Assembly: GCF_018350175.1 (NCBI RefSeq)
Contig: NC_058368.1
Span: 15,006,001-15,070,000, forward strand
Origin: Felis catus
Taxonomy: Eukaryota
Length of the DNA stretch: 64,000 nt
Reading direction: 5' to 3'
Position numbers and translations under genes: made by a program. Shown here piece after piece: positions 12,680 through 25,708 of this stretch. The notes beneath the pieces are model-generated. The model searched no databases, was not told the origin of the DNA, and saw nothing but the letters and a program-made list of their open reading frames with translations. Each line of letters starts with the position of its first letter. Within the stretch, counting starts at the first letter, position 1.

Positions 12680-13400
12680 ACAAGGAAAGAAATAGTGGAG
12701 CGACATTTTCAAGAAACTCAAGGAAATAAAATGTGAGCCAAGGATCTTTTTTTTATCCTGCCAAGATGTTCTTCAAGTATCAAGACTACTTAAAAAACCA
12801 AAACAAAAACAGTTTTGCACATGCAACAACTCAAAGAATACTGTACACACAAGACTTTCTGAGGAATTTACTGAGGATGAGCTCATCCAACCAACAGACA
12901 ACTTGGCAAAAGATGGTGAGAATTTGATACATTTAAGTGTAAAGCTAATAATAAAACAAATATAGGGACGTTGCTGGAAGTATAATATGTGAAGGCAATA
13001 TGTTCTGATGAAGTAGAAAGAACGCAACTGAAAAATGAGAGAAGAAAGAAAACATAAGATCATTGACTAAGTCTCTTAGAAGTAACTGGTGAGTATCTGA
13101 ATAGGAAAAAAAGAGATCAATGGCACATTCATGATAAAAATACAAAACACTCAGTAGAACAAAAATGCAAATCTTCCTAAACACCAAAATAAATGTTTAA
13201 AAGGAGCAAGGAAGACACATCGGTTAAAAATAAAAGCAAATAAATACAACATAATACACATGACATAATTTGACAGAATTGAGACTACACAAATCAGTCA
13301 TATGAATAAATGTGAGTAGGATGTAACTCATCCATTAAAAGAAAATAATTTCAAGTAGGCTTCTAAAGCAAAACCCATCTCTGCTGTTTACAAGGAACAT
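12680..13400 (+). mobile_element. Ancient L1M/HAL1-like, ORF1 C-terminus to ORF2 start
   Basis: Encodes WSDIFKKLKEIKCEPRI..YPAKMFFKY (ORF1 C-terminal domain). An endonuclease-like start lies near 13310. Confidence 0.75.
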
Positions 13401-13849
13401 AGGTAAAGAGCCTCTGCTTTAAGCCAGACTGACCTCCGGGCTGTTTAGACCTCACTCTTTATACTGGTCCCATACAAAACTACTCAGACTAAAGTGTGCC
13501 TTGCTGTGAGGTCCCCAAATGTACTGAAAGATGCTGAAAAAAATATCTTGTAGGATTTATTGCTGTATCTGTCGAGAAGATTTAAAATGTTTCATACCAT
13601 AGGGTCTTTATTATAGAGCCCTGTGGGAAAAATTTCTACCCGGATTTTATTTTAAGAACAATTTTATGTCTTTTGAGTAATGTGTTAGTTTGTAATTTTA
13701 AAAGCACGACTCTTGGAATGCTTGGCGACAGGTTATATCTTAATTGGTAACAAGGGCATATGTCATTATTTTTTGTTGTTTTACTCTATTTTATATACTC
13801 ACCTTTATTTTTTTTTATTTTCTTAGTTATAAAAGTAGCTTTTACTTAT

Positions 13850-14060
13850 TCAGTCCACTGATGTACCAGACATTCCACTTTGCACATATTATCCTACTCT
13901 TTATTTGTAATAATCTGTGAGGTAGAGAGTAGCCTAGTTTTACAAATGAGTAGAATGAGGTTTATAGGTTATGTCACTTGCCCTAGGTTACACGTCTACT
14001 TAGTGATAACAGAACTAGGATTCATAACAAGATTTATTTGATTCCAAAGTCCATGAATCT
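13850..14060 (-). mobile_element. MIR SINE
   Basis: ctgtgaggtag...ttttacaaatgag...gtcacttgccctaggttacac core. Confidence 0.75.
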
Positions 14061-14257
14061 GCCCTACCTCTTCCTAGGATCCTTTCATTCACCACTTCCT
14101 CCTCTGATACCTCCAGCACTTACATTCTGAACTACCCAGAGCCTTATGTTTTTATTTTGTCTTATTTGCAGCTTTCTGAGTTTTTGTCTTGATTCCCCAA
14201 CAGAACTGCAGTGTGCTCTTTGAAGGGTATAAGTATACTTCAAAAATTTTTAACCTA

Positions 14258-14462
14258 GGGGTGCCTGGGTGACTCAGTCCGTTAAGCATTTGACTTTAGT
14301 TCAGGTTATGATCTTGCGGTTCATATGTTCGAGCCCCATGTCAGGCTCTGTGCTGACCGCTCAGAGCCAGGAGCCTGCTTCAGATTCTGTGTCTCCCCCT
14401 CTCTCTGCCCCTCCCCTGCTTGTACTCGTTCTCTCTCTGTCTCAAAAATAAATAAACATTTA
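14258..14462 (+). mobile_element. Can-SINE (felid type)
   Basis: Head, CT tract, aataaa tail. Flanking repeat tttttaacct. Confidence 0.95.
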
Positions 14463-16099
14463 TTTTTAGTTTTTAACCTCAATGTATTTCCTCTTCCTTA
14501 GAATGGCACTTCACTCATGGCAAATTCTCAGTAAATGCTTATCAAATTGACAAAATCAACTTGACTAGTTTGTGATTGGCTCAGGGAAGATACAGTTAAT
14601 GCCTTTCCTAGCTGTGTCACACCATCTATGTCTAAATGAACATTCAAATTTCATGACAAATGCCATAAAGGCTATCTGGGAAATGCAGAAGGAATGTTTA
14701 ATCTAAAAACAGAATAAAATCCAAATATAGGAAACACTAGACTTATTTGGTTTTCTTAGACTTTTTTTTAAACAACTTTGAGTTATTTGAGTTTAAAGTT
14801 TATAGAACAGGGAAATACATGGATTTAGGAAGAAAATGTCCCATTACTATAAAAGTATCTTTCCTATAAACCTCAACAAAGCCTAGACTAGTCTGAGATA
14901 TGTGACTCAATGACCATTCTTTGTACACTGTTGGCCAAGTCTACTCTCTAGAACTTTCTTTTCAGGATCACATCACATTCTGCAACAACACCACATAATC
15001 ACAAGATTCTATGACCAAAGTGTTACATCAGTGATACAGATTACTACCACAGAAGATGCATTAAATATGCAGATATAGGGATATGTAGAAAATAGGGATT
15101 AATTGATAAATTGGTAACAAAAATTTATTCAACTAATAGCATTGTGCTAGTTGCTGAGGACACAAAGCCCAACACACATGTCCCTACTCTCAGGGAGATA
15201 CACATATCAACAAGTGTGGTAACAATTATGGATGCTGTTATTTAAAAATGCACAGAGTACAGCAGGCATAAATGGAAGAATAGTTAAGTCTAGGAGGTGA
15301 ATTATAAAAGGTTTTGAAGAGGAGATTACACTGGAGTTACTTCTAGAAAGGAATTAGCATTGTAATGCGAAAGCATTGACAGCCAGTGCATGATTTTAAT
15401 TTGTGTCAGGTCTCCTAATCCACTGATTCTACTAGCCTGTAGGAACAGGAGAACCAACTCATTCCATCTCTGTATGTTCCAAATACTTGCTCCATTCCAA
15501 GTAGCCTAACATCTTGCATTTTTCCTAAGGTCCCTTTTGCTCTAATATCTCCTCTGGCCCTCAATATGTCTCACATAATAATCTCATTGGAAATCAGACA
15601 ATGCTATTCCCATTCTTCAAAAGCCAATTAAGAGTCTACATGCTTGAGGAAGTAATCAAAATCTCAAGGAGGAAAGTGATCTTTCTGCGGATTCAACTGC
15701 AATGTCTATATGTGGCTTATAAAACGTCACACTGGATGAGACCAGTCTTGAAGGGAAGACCTTTCTTCTTCATCTTCTACACTCCCATCCCTAAACACCT
15801 AACACATTAACTTACAGTCTGAGATGGAACTTCTGTCAGCACTCAGCAAATGCAACTTATATTGAATCAATTTAGTTAAACAGATTTTTTTGTGCTTTAG
15901 TTCCTTCACATATAAAATTAAAATAATCTTATCTCTTCTTTTTCAAAGAACTGCTGAGTAAGCTATTCTATCCCTTGAACCTAAAGCAGTAAGAGCCATG
16001 TAGTAGGACCTAAGTAAATATTTGCTGAATGAATAAGTGAAGAGGCTAAATTCTGAGACATCTGAGATAAGGAATTAAATATGAACTCAAAAAGTACCA

Positions 16100-16325
16100 G
16101 GGTGCCTGGGTGGCTCAGTCGGTTAAGCTTCCGACTTCAGCTCAGGTCACGATCTCACGGTCCGTGAGTTTGAGCCCTGCGTTGGGCTCTGGGCTGATGA
16201 TGGCTCAGAGCCTGGAGCCTGCTTCCGATTCTGTGTCTCCTTCTCTCTCTGCCCCTCCCCCGTTCATGCTCTGTCTCTCTCTGTCCCAAAAATAAATAAA
16301 CATTAAAAAAATTTTTTTTTAATTT
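16100..16325 (+). mobile_element. SINEC_Fc-type SINE
   Basis: Felid diagnostic ctctgggctgatg...gctcagagcctggagcctg. TSD aaaaagtaccag (16089-16100 / 16326-16337). Confidence 0.97.
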
Positions 16326-16669
16326 AAAAAGTACCAGAGCTCTAGTTAGAAATAGGATTTATAGTAATTATTGATCTTTTAAAGAAACATTCCTACTGCT
16401 TTTAAGATTCTACATTAATAGCATTTTTCAGAAACTGGTAACATTGAGAAACAGAGAAATGGCTTCACCAGGATGGAAGGTGGTATAACAGAATATAATC
16501 CCAGCCCTTTTCCAATGGGCACAGGTCCCCTTGATAAGAAACGACCATGGATTTGGGAGGAGTAAGCTCTATGTGTCCAGTAAAAATGGCTGTTTGCTAG
16601 ATGTGTGCCCACTGCATTTCAAAACAGAAAAGTCAAAGGTAGAGTTTTCAAAATGCTGGTATACATGGA

Positions 16670-17540
16670 ATTCATATAGAAAAGATACACAAGTAGCTAA
16701 GCAATCTTAAAAAATAATAGAAACTATTCTTGTTCATTAGAAACTATTCTGTAGTCAAATTATCACACAAGAAAAACAGCACATTTTTGGTGTCACAACA
16801 GACAAGTCAACAGAACTTGCAGAGTCTAGAAACAATCCCACTCAAATATGGAGTCTTGGTATGTGACAGAAATGGCACCAAAAACCAGTAGGAGAAAGAT
16901 GCACTCTTCAAAAAGTTAATTGAGAATATTGGCAAAGTAGATCCTTGCCTTCATACAATATATAGAAATAAATCCCAGATACATTAGAGAACTGTGTGTA
17001 AAATGCAAATTTAACACTCTTTTTAGAAAGAAATCGAGTAATACATTAAAGGTCTTGAAATTGAGAGTGACGTAAGTCACAAAAAGCACAACTCATAAAG
17101 GAAAAGATTGGCATATTTTGCTGCATAAACACACAACATTTTTCCCTACGGCAAGGTTAAAAGGACAAATGAAAGAAACAGAAGAGACATGCAGTGATAT
17201 GGCATTTAAAGAATTAGAATATGAAAAGAATCATAAAAATCAAGCAAAACAAGTCAAACAAATATAAAAATTAGCAAGATATGATTTGATAATTCTCAGA
17301 AGAAATCCAAATTGCTAATAAATATATAAAGATATGCTCAACCTCACTAGCAATAAGGAAATTAAAATCAAATAACAATGTGATACCAGTTAGCTTTTAT
17401 TATCAGACTGATAAAAGAAATTGAGTGTATTCTAGCAAGTGTTGCCCAGAATGTAGGGGAACAGAAACTCTTACATAGAGTGAGAGGGAAGGAAAGTGAC
17501 TACAGCTTATTTAGAGAGTAACATAGCAGTTACACCATAC
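16670..17540 (+). mobile_element. Ancient L1ME, ORF2 C-terminal fragment
   Basis: aaaaagcacaactcataaaggaaaagattg; atgctcaacctcactagcaataagg. Confidence 0.75.
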
Positions 17541-17885
17541 GTGGTGGATTGCAAAAATGGTGGATTATTTCTCCCTTCGCAACATGATTTTGCAGTTCCT
17601 ATCATCAAGAGGGGGGTCTATTTGCTTTCTCGTTCTGTCTAGGCTGACTTTCATTCTATCGCTTTTACCAACAGAATGCAGCAGAAGAGACTTTGAAATC
17701 TGGGCCTCAAACGTAAGCACGCCCCTTCACTTGTTCTCTTGCTTCCTGCAACCGCCATGACAATGAGTCTGCTGAAGAAACAGAAGTCACATGGAACAGA
17801 GATTAGCTGTCCCAGCTGAGGTGATGCTAGAGCAGCCAGCCTCCAGCAACCTGTTAGCTAACCACAGAAATGTGAGCAAAAGTAA
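17541..17885 (+). mobile_element. MLT1-family LTR, partial
   Basis: gtggtggattgcaaaaatgg start, tcaagagggggggtcta, accaacagaatgcagcagaag. Confidence 0.75.
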
Positions 17886-18306
17886 TTACAGTTTTCTATT
17901 TCAGAAGAAAACGTTTCATGTTCAGAAATCTCACTTTCCTCAAGAAGGCTGCTTATGGATATAAAAGACATGCCCAAGACAGCATCTCCTAGAGGCCCCA
18001 TCCTAATGCAGGATAATAGTTTCCCAAGAAGTCCCCTGAACAACCTGGACAAACACACCTAATTATGAAGCTTTTTGGTTTATCGACAAAAGGGTTTAGG
18101 CAAAAGCTCTTGTTAGTTTCATCTGTTCAACAGTTTTCTCAAAACACTTACTTCAGGCCTGTTATTCCCACAAGAAAAGCCTTCCCTTAGAACATAGGCC
18201 TCTGAGGATTGATTCTTCCATGAGTTTCCTGGTAAATTCTTGATTGAGTTTAAGAATCGATGGTCAGATTGAATAATCTCAACTGCTCAAAAGCTAGTAT
18301 ACTATA

Positions 18307-18529
18307 GGGGCGCCTGGGTGGCGCAGTCGGTTAAGCATCCGACTTCAGCCAGGTCACGATCTCGCGGTCCCTGAGTTTGAGCCCCGCGTCAGGCTCTGGG
18401 CTGATGGCTCGGAGCCTGGAGCCTGTTTCCGATTCTGTGTCTCCCTCTCTCTCTGCCCCTCCCCCGTTCATGCTCTGTCTCTCTCTGTCCCAAAAATAAA
18501 TAAACATTGAAAAAAAAATTAAAAAAAAA
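18307..18529 (+). mobile_element. Young SINEC_Fc-type SINE
   Basis: CpG-rich body. Perfect 18-bp TSD aaaagctagtatactata (18289-18306 / 18530-18547). Confidence 0.98.
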
Positions 18530-18779
18530 AAAAGCTAGTATACTATATTTTTATGTATTTTCAAGCTATTGAAAAAATATTTTCTAAACACTGGAATTAA
18601 GTGAGACAAATTTATATGCATTTACTACTAAAGATAAAAATTCTGATGTGGATAACAAAAGGAGGTAAGTTAAAAGTCTAAAGGACCCACTTTTGAGGCT
18701 AAAAACATCCTCAGAGTCAGTAATATTCTTATAATGGAGGCAAAATAGCCATCATAATGAAAAAGAAGCAACCACTATT

Positions 18780-19255
18780 TTTTATGATATGTTAAAAACT
18801 ACATTAAGTGCTAAACATATATGATCTCACTTAATATTTCAAAAATTCTAAAATACAAGTATTGTTATCCATTTTATAGATGTTAAAGCTGGGGTAAAAA
18901 GGGGTTAAAATCACTTATCCATGGTCACAAAAATCAGTAAATAGTAAAGCCTAGCTTTAAACGGAAGTCTAACTCCAAAAAGTTGTGCTCCTAGTTACCA
19001 TACTCTACTACATTAAAACAAAAAATAAATAAGCACAAATAAAAACCATTGTATAATGCTTTAAAGTCATAGATTCCTTTGTCATACATTATTTTATTCA
19101 ATTCCTATAAAACTCTTATTACTCCCATTTCACAGATGAGCAGACTAATCTGCTTATCAGTCCCAGTGTATGTTCCAGTGACAAAGTATGCATGTAGAAG
19201 AGCTGGAACTCAAAGTCAAGCCTATGGGTCCCAAATCCATATCTCTTCCAGTAGT
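18780..19255 (-). mobile_element. Two adjacent MIR fragments
   Basis: ccattttatagatg and cccatttcacagatgag cores. Confidence 0.65.
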
Positions 19256-19789
19256 CCAAGCTGCCAGATGCTTGTGGGAACTTAAACAGATGTTATAGAA
19301 TATGGTCAACTATGAAATGGGTTATTCCCAGGGGATAAAGGAACTGATGATGGAATCAGGTACTTCCCCTGAGGCTTGACTCAAACAAGCAGTTGTGTGA
19401 GCCACCTGTCTGGAAGCACTTTGGAGGAGGCTCGAACTTCCTCCAGTCTGATGGAGGAGGGCCAGGATCAGATTCTGGGGTTTCTGAAATTAAATAAACA
19501 AATGAAGGAAGAAGATGGAGACTATCCTACAGAGCAAATGGAGAAGGCAAAATATTTACCCAGGCCCTAAGCACTTTTCCCCTGGGACCCAGCCTGAGTA
19601 GGTACCAAGAAGCAGGGGACAGAGGCAGAACAGCATTAGGAACAAAGCACATGAGCCCCGGGAGCCTGCTTGAGAAAGGTTCACGTTAACTAAATAGAAC
19701 CAAGCCCCACAGTGACGTGTTAATTCTTCTCTTTTGTCCCAAGGTTGAGTGACATAGGAAACTCTAGTACGATACGAAAAATCAAGACA

Positions 19790-19945
19790 TGGGATACCTG
19801 GGTGGCCAGTCAGTTAGGTGTCTGACTCTTGATTTCAGCTCAGGTCATGGTCTCCCAGTTTATGAGTTGAGATTCTCTCTCTCTCCCTCTCTCTCTGCCC
19901 CTTCCCCCATCTTAAAAATAAGTAAACATTTACAAAAAAAGAAAA
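19790..19945 (+). mobile_element. Internally deleted Can-SINE
   Basis: Head fused almost directly to the CT tract. Flanks gaaaaatcaagaca / gaaaaaccaagaca. Confidence 0.85.
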
Positions 19946-19954
19946 ACCAAGACA

Positions 19955-22490
19955 GTAAATGTAAAAATGCTCAATAAAATATTAGCAAACCAAATTCAAT
20001 AGTACATTAAAAGGATCATACACTGTGGTCGAGCAGAATTTATTCCTGGGATGCAAAGATGGCTCAACATCCACAAATCAATCAATTTGATACAACACAT
20101 TAACAAAATGAAGGATAAAAATCATATAATTATCTCAACAGATGCAGAAAAAACATTTGATGAAATTCAATATGGATTCATGATAAAAATTGTCAACAAG
20201 TTAAATATAGGTGGAATATACCTCGATATAATAAAAGCCATAGATGACAAGCCCACAACTAACATCACACTCAATAATGAAAAACTGAAAGCTTTTCCTC
20301 TAAGATCAGGAACAGAGCAAGGATATTCACTCTTGCCACTTTTATTCAACATAGTACTGGAAGTGTTACCCAAAGCAATTAGGGAAAAAAACAAAAAGAA
20401 TAAAAGTCATTCAAATTGGAAAGGAAGAAATAAAGTTGTCTTTATTTGCAGATGAAGTGATACTATATATATATATAGAAAACCTGAGAAACTCCACCAA
20501 AAAACTGTTAGAACTAATAAACAAATTCAGTAAAGTTGCAGGTTACAAAACCAGTATCAAAAATCAGTTCCATTTCCATACACTAATAACAAACTATTAG
20601 GTAAATTAAGAAAACATTTCCATTTATAATCTCATAAAAAAGAAAAAAATACTTAGAAATACATTTAATCAGTAAAGTGAAAGATTTGCCTACTTAAAAC
20701 TGTAAAACATTGATGAAAGAAATTGAAGACAACACAAATAAATGGAAAAACATGTGTTCATGGATTGAAAGAATTAATATTGTTAAAGTGTCCATACTAA
20801 CCAAAGTGATCTACAGATTCAATGCAATACCTATTAAAATTTCAATGACATTTTTCACAGAAATAAGACAAATAATCCTGAAATCTGTATGGAACCACAA
20901 AAGACCTTGAACAGCAAAGCAATCTTGAGAAAGAAGGACAAAGCTCAAGGTATTATAATTCCTGATCTCAAATACAAAGCTATGGTAATCAAAATAAGAT
21001 GATACTGGCATAAAATAAACCCATGCATAATAAGATCAATTAATTTTTGGCAAAGGTGCCAAGAATATACAATGAGGAAAGAAGAGTCTTTTCAAATGGT
21101 TTTGGGAAAATGGGATATCCACATGCAAACAAATGAAACTGGATGCCTATCTTACCTAATACACAAAGTCAACTCAAAATGCATTAAAGACTTGAACATA
21201 AGACCTGAAACTGTAAAACTCCTAGAAGAAAATATAGGTAGTAAGCTCCTTAACATTGGTCTTGGTGATGACTTCTAGATATGACACAACACAAAGGCAA
21301 CAAAAGCAAAAATCAACAAGTGGGACTACATCAAACTAAAAAGCCATCAACAAAATAAAAAGGCAACCTGTGGAATATGAGACAATATTTGCAAGCTACG
21401 TATCCAATAAGGAGTTAATATCCAAAATATACAAACTCACATAATTCAATAGAAAAAAATAAGTAACTTAATTTAAAATGACCAAAGAACCTGAATAGAC
21501 ATTTTTCCAAAGAAGTCCTACAAATGGCCAACAGAAACATGAAAAAATAATCACTCTTGCTAATTATCAGTGAAATGCACATCAAAACCACAATGAAATA
21601 TCACCTGTTAGGATATCTGTTATCAAAAAGACAAAAGAGATAAATGTTGGCAAGGATGTGGACAAAAGAGAACTCTTGTACACTATGGGTAAGAATGTAA
21701 ACTGGCACAACCACTGTGTAAAACAGTATGGAGGTTCCTCAAAAAATTTAAAGTAGATTTACTACATAATCCATCCCATCTTTGGATATGTAACCAAAGG
21801 AAACAAAACCATTATCTCAAAGAGATATCTGCACTCCCGTGTTCACTGTAGCATTATTGATGATAGCCAAGGTATGGAAGCAACCTAAGCGTCTGTGGAC
21901 AGATGAAGAGATGAAGAAAATGTGTATTATATGTGTACACACAAACACACACAATGGAATATTCCATCTTAAAAAAAAAAGGAAATCCTGTCCTGTCCTG
22001 TTGCAATAACATGGATGAACCTGGAGGGCATTATTTTAAGTGAAATAAGCCAGAGAAAGACAAACACTTCATAGTATCACTTATGTGTGAAATCTTAAAA
22101 ACAAAAACAAAAAGGTCAAGCTCATAGAAACAAAGTGGAATGCTGATTGCCAGGGGCTAGGGCTAAGGGGTAAGGGAAATAGGGAAAGGCTGGTAAAAGA
22201 GTATAACATTCAGCTGTAGGATGAATAAATTTTGAGGATCTACCAGTTGCTATGGTTGATTACACTGTATTGTATACTTCAAATTTACTGAGTAGAAAAG
22301 TGTTCTCACACACAATAAAAGGTAAGTATGTGAGGTGATAGATAAGTTTTAATTAATTTGATTGTGGGAATCATTTCACAATGCATATGTATATCATTGT
22401 ATACTTTAAATATATTAAATATATTTAAATATATTTAATTGTCAATTATACCTCAATAAAGCCTAAAAAGAGAGAGAAAAAGAAGAAAAG
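19955..22490 (+). mobile_element. L1 (L1MA/MB-age), RT region to 3' end
   Basis: ORF 20051-20455 has [31 protein letters not shown]. 3' UTR ends tacctcaataaagc. Confidence 0.95.
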
Positions 22491-23867
22491 AATGTAAAAT
22501 TTTTTACCAAAACCTATACCTGGCAAATTGATCAACTGTCCCTTACACTGACAAAAATATTGCCATGTGGAAATAGCAGGTGGAATTGGACCTTAGTGTG
22601 AGAAACTGCCTTAATTTTTGGAGTATAACGAACACTCAGAAAGCAACTCAAGTTTAAACAACTTATTTAAATGCTTTATTTCACAACTGAGGAAGTTTAG
22701 GATTACTGGCCCTAGGGCATTTGGGGTCTTAGTGATAACTAGTGTGGGTGTCTCCCCAATCTGGTTATAATCAGCCACTACAGCCATACTTCTTTCATTA
22801 TCTTCCTGGTCAGGGAAACAGAAAGAACTGAGAGAATGTCACTATAGCTAGGGTGGCAGAGAAAGAAATAACTCTTCCCTAAAAGCAGTGGTTTACTGAG
22901 CTATAACACTCTCCCCAGCCCCAGGGGCAGGAGTTGAACATACTACTTTAATAACCTTTGGTTTCCAGATGCAGACTGTGAAGGAAATTTCCAAGCACCG
23001 GCTCACAGGCTGCATGCAAAGCTGGGTCATGTGCCTCCCACATGGATGATGGATCTGATTACTAAGCACTGGCCACCTAAGAGTGACAGCAGGGCTGGGG
23101 GGACTGGGCACCTTGCTGTCAGGCCCTAGGGCAGAGGTCACCATGGGGTCTCCCCAGAGCAGGAGGATGCTGCTAGTGACAGTCCTACAGCCTGGACATC
23201 CTCCCCCAGCTCTGAGTCTTGAGCATTGCCAGGAGGCTGGTGAGGGATCAACAGCCTGCAGGTTGGGGAGGTCCTGTAATGAAGGCATACTGTGCTCTCC
23301 CCCAGGCTCCCCAGATGGAAATCACCTCTGCGCCCTTCCTCCAACCCCAGGGTTGGAGGGCCTCCTCAGGGCTCCTTCTCACTCAGAACTGGGCTCATCA
23401 GACTCCACAACAGCTGTTCATCCCCCTTGAGACGCAAAAGGGTCTGTGTGAACACAATAAGGGATGCATGTTTCCATGCAGGAATTCACACCCAAGCATA
23501 ATTTTCACCACGTGATTGAATTAGGTGAATACAAAACACCCAAAGCCTCATAAATAAATAGCTTTGGGAGTTTAAATTGTCAAAGTGAGTTACGACTTGA
23601 CTGACTCCACATAACATTATACCCACCTATGTTTTGAAGAAGTGGAGAGAAAAAGGCCCTTCCTTCATAAATATCTCACAGTCCAAGTCACTAGGTCTAT
23701 TAGTTTATTTTCTTTCTCATCAATACAATTGGCTGCATCTTGCACTTCCCTGGGTAGCTTTCTGTAATTTAGGGTCTCTGGAACTAAGAGTGCATAAAAT
23801 TTAATCTGTGTCAGTGTGAAAAACAACAGTTACAAAAATACGCACCTGTGTTTAAAAATGGACTTAA

Positions 23868-24037
23868 GGGGCGCCTGGGTGGCTCAGTCCGTTGAGCCTC
23901 CGACTTCGGTGCAGGTCACGATCTCGCAGTTGACGAGTTCGAGCCCCACGTCCGGCTCTGTGCTGATGGTTCAGAGCCTGGAGCCTGCTTCAGATTCTGC
24001 GTCTTCCTCTCTCTCTGCCCCTCCTCCCCCGCTCATG

Positions 24038-24085
<48 letters not shown>

Positions 24086-24098
24086 AATAAACATTAAA
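23868..24098 (+). mobile_element. Can-SINE (host of a nested pair; its tail resumes at 24310-24342)
   Basis: TSD taaaaatggacttaa at 23853-23867 and 24343-24357. Long (CT)n tract. Confidence 0.97.
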
Positions 24099-24309
24099 GG
24101 GGCGCCTGGGTGGCTCAGTCGGTTAAGCGTCCGACTTCAGCTCAGGTCACGATCTCACGGTCTGTGAGTTCGAGCCCTGCGTCGGGCTCTGGGCTGATGG
24201 CTCAGAGCCTGGAGCCTGTTTCAGATTCTGTGTCTCCCTCTCTCTGCCCCTCCCCCGTTCATGCTCTGTCTGTCTCAAAAATAAATAAACGTTAAAAAAA
24301 ATTTTTTTT
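24099..24309 (+). mobile_element. SINEC_Fc-type SINE inserted in the tail of the preceding SINE
   Basis: TSD aaataaacattaaa at 24085-24098 and 24310-24323. Confidence 0.96.
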
Positions 24310-24619
24310 AAATAAACATTAAAATTAAAAAAAAATAAAAAATAAAAATGGACTTAAATTCTAAAAATAATTTTTAAATTCTTTAAAATAGTAAAGAAAG
24401 AATTTGTAATGGAAAAGCAACAATGTGCTTAAGGTAATGCACAAAAAATCTGACCTAATCTCTGAAATAGAAGCTTTCCACTTGAGGTCCTTAAAAAAAT
24501 AAATAAAAATAAACAAAACAACACTTGTACAAATTTTGCACAGTTCAGCATTGCTAATCTGCTCACAAGTATTGACTGCTAAAGCAGGGGCCTACGATTA
24601 AGGTGCCCATGAAGAAGGG

Positions 24620-25230
24620 GAAGGCCTCTTTGGTAATGAAGGCTTTGAGCAGTGACTTGAATGAAGTAAGTTAGCCAAGCAAATATCTGGAAAAAAATAA
24701 TTTGTAGAAACAATTGCAAATGCAAAGTCCCTGAGGTAGGCTTATCCAAGGAACATGGAAGTGACCACTGGGATTGGAGCAGAGTGAGGGAAGGGAAGAG
24801 TTATCTGAGATGACGTGAGAAAGGTTGCAAGGGTCAAGGTCATCCAAGGTTTCTCAGACCCAGGGTAAAGCCTTTGGCTTTCAATGAATGAGAGGAGGGG
24901 CCACTGGAGGGTTGCAAAGGAATGATATCCGATTTAAATATTTAAGAGATCACTCTTGTTACTGTGGGGGTGGGGGAGTGGGCAGGGAACAACAGATTAT
25001 AAGGGGCAAAGGGCAAGCAGGGAAACTAGTTAGGGTGCTGTTGAAATAACCCAGGTGGGAGATACTGATGGCTTGGACCAAGACAGTTACAGAGGAGAAG
25101 GTGTGAAGTAGTCAGGTTCTAGTAACATTTTCACACTTGAGCAGACAGGATTTGCTCATCAATAAGATGCAAGGTATGACAGAAAGAGAGGAGTCAAGAA
25201 TGACTCAAAGTTTTCTGGCTCATTTACTAA
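24620..25230 (-). mobile_element. L2 fragment
   Basis: gcaaagtccctgaggtagg, gccactggagggtt, agagaggagtcaagaatgactc antisense L2 motifs. Confidence 0.8.
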
Positions 25231-25522
25231 GAGGGAGGAAGAGGACTGGTTAGTTTAACCCATAGCCCTTTCTATGACACAGTGTCTTTTAACACAGTAT
25301 GCTAGTTGGCCCGCAAAACTCTTGACCTATCTTCTTTGACCTGATACAGCTCCCTTCGCCAAATCTCCCCCTTTTGTAATTATTCTGTACCTTCCTTCAT
25401 ATTCCCATTATTCAAGAAAAATTTGCCAGACATTATTTTCAGAAGTTGGTATCATACAAACATTGTGATTATTCTTTTTTATCTGCCCCTGCAGGAGGGT
25501 CAAGTTAAAAAGGAAGGCTTCA

Positions 25523-25708
25523 GGGGCAGCTGGGTGGCTCAGTTGGTTGAGCATCTGACTCTTGATTTCAGCTCAGGTCATGATCCCAGAGTCTGGGGAT
25601 CAGGCCCCACATCAGGATCTGTGAAGCCTGCTTAAGATTCCCACCCCCCCCCCACCCCTCTCCCCTACTCACACACACTCTCTCTCTCTCAAAAAAAAAA
25701 AAAAAAAA
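25523..25708 (+). mobile_element. Can-SINE
   Basis: Head, tail and TSD aaaaaggaaggc. Confidence 0.93.

Noticed and set aside
22893..23515. Overlapping GC-rich ORFs on both strands
   Set aside because: Stop-codon scarcity is explained by local GC content. I recognise no protein family, and the region may be old LTR-derived sequence.
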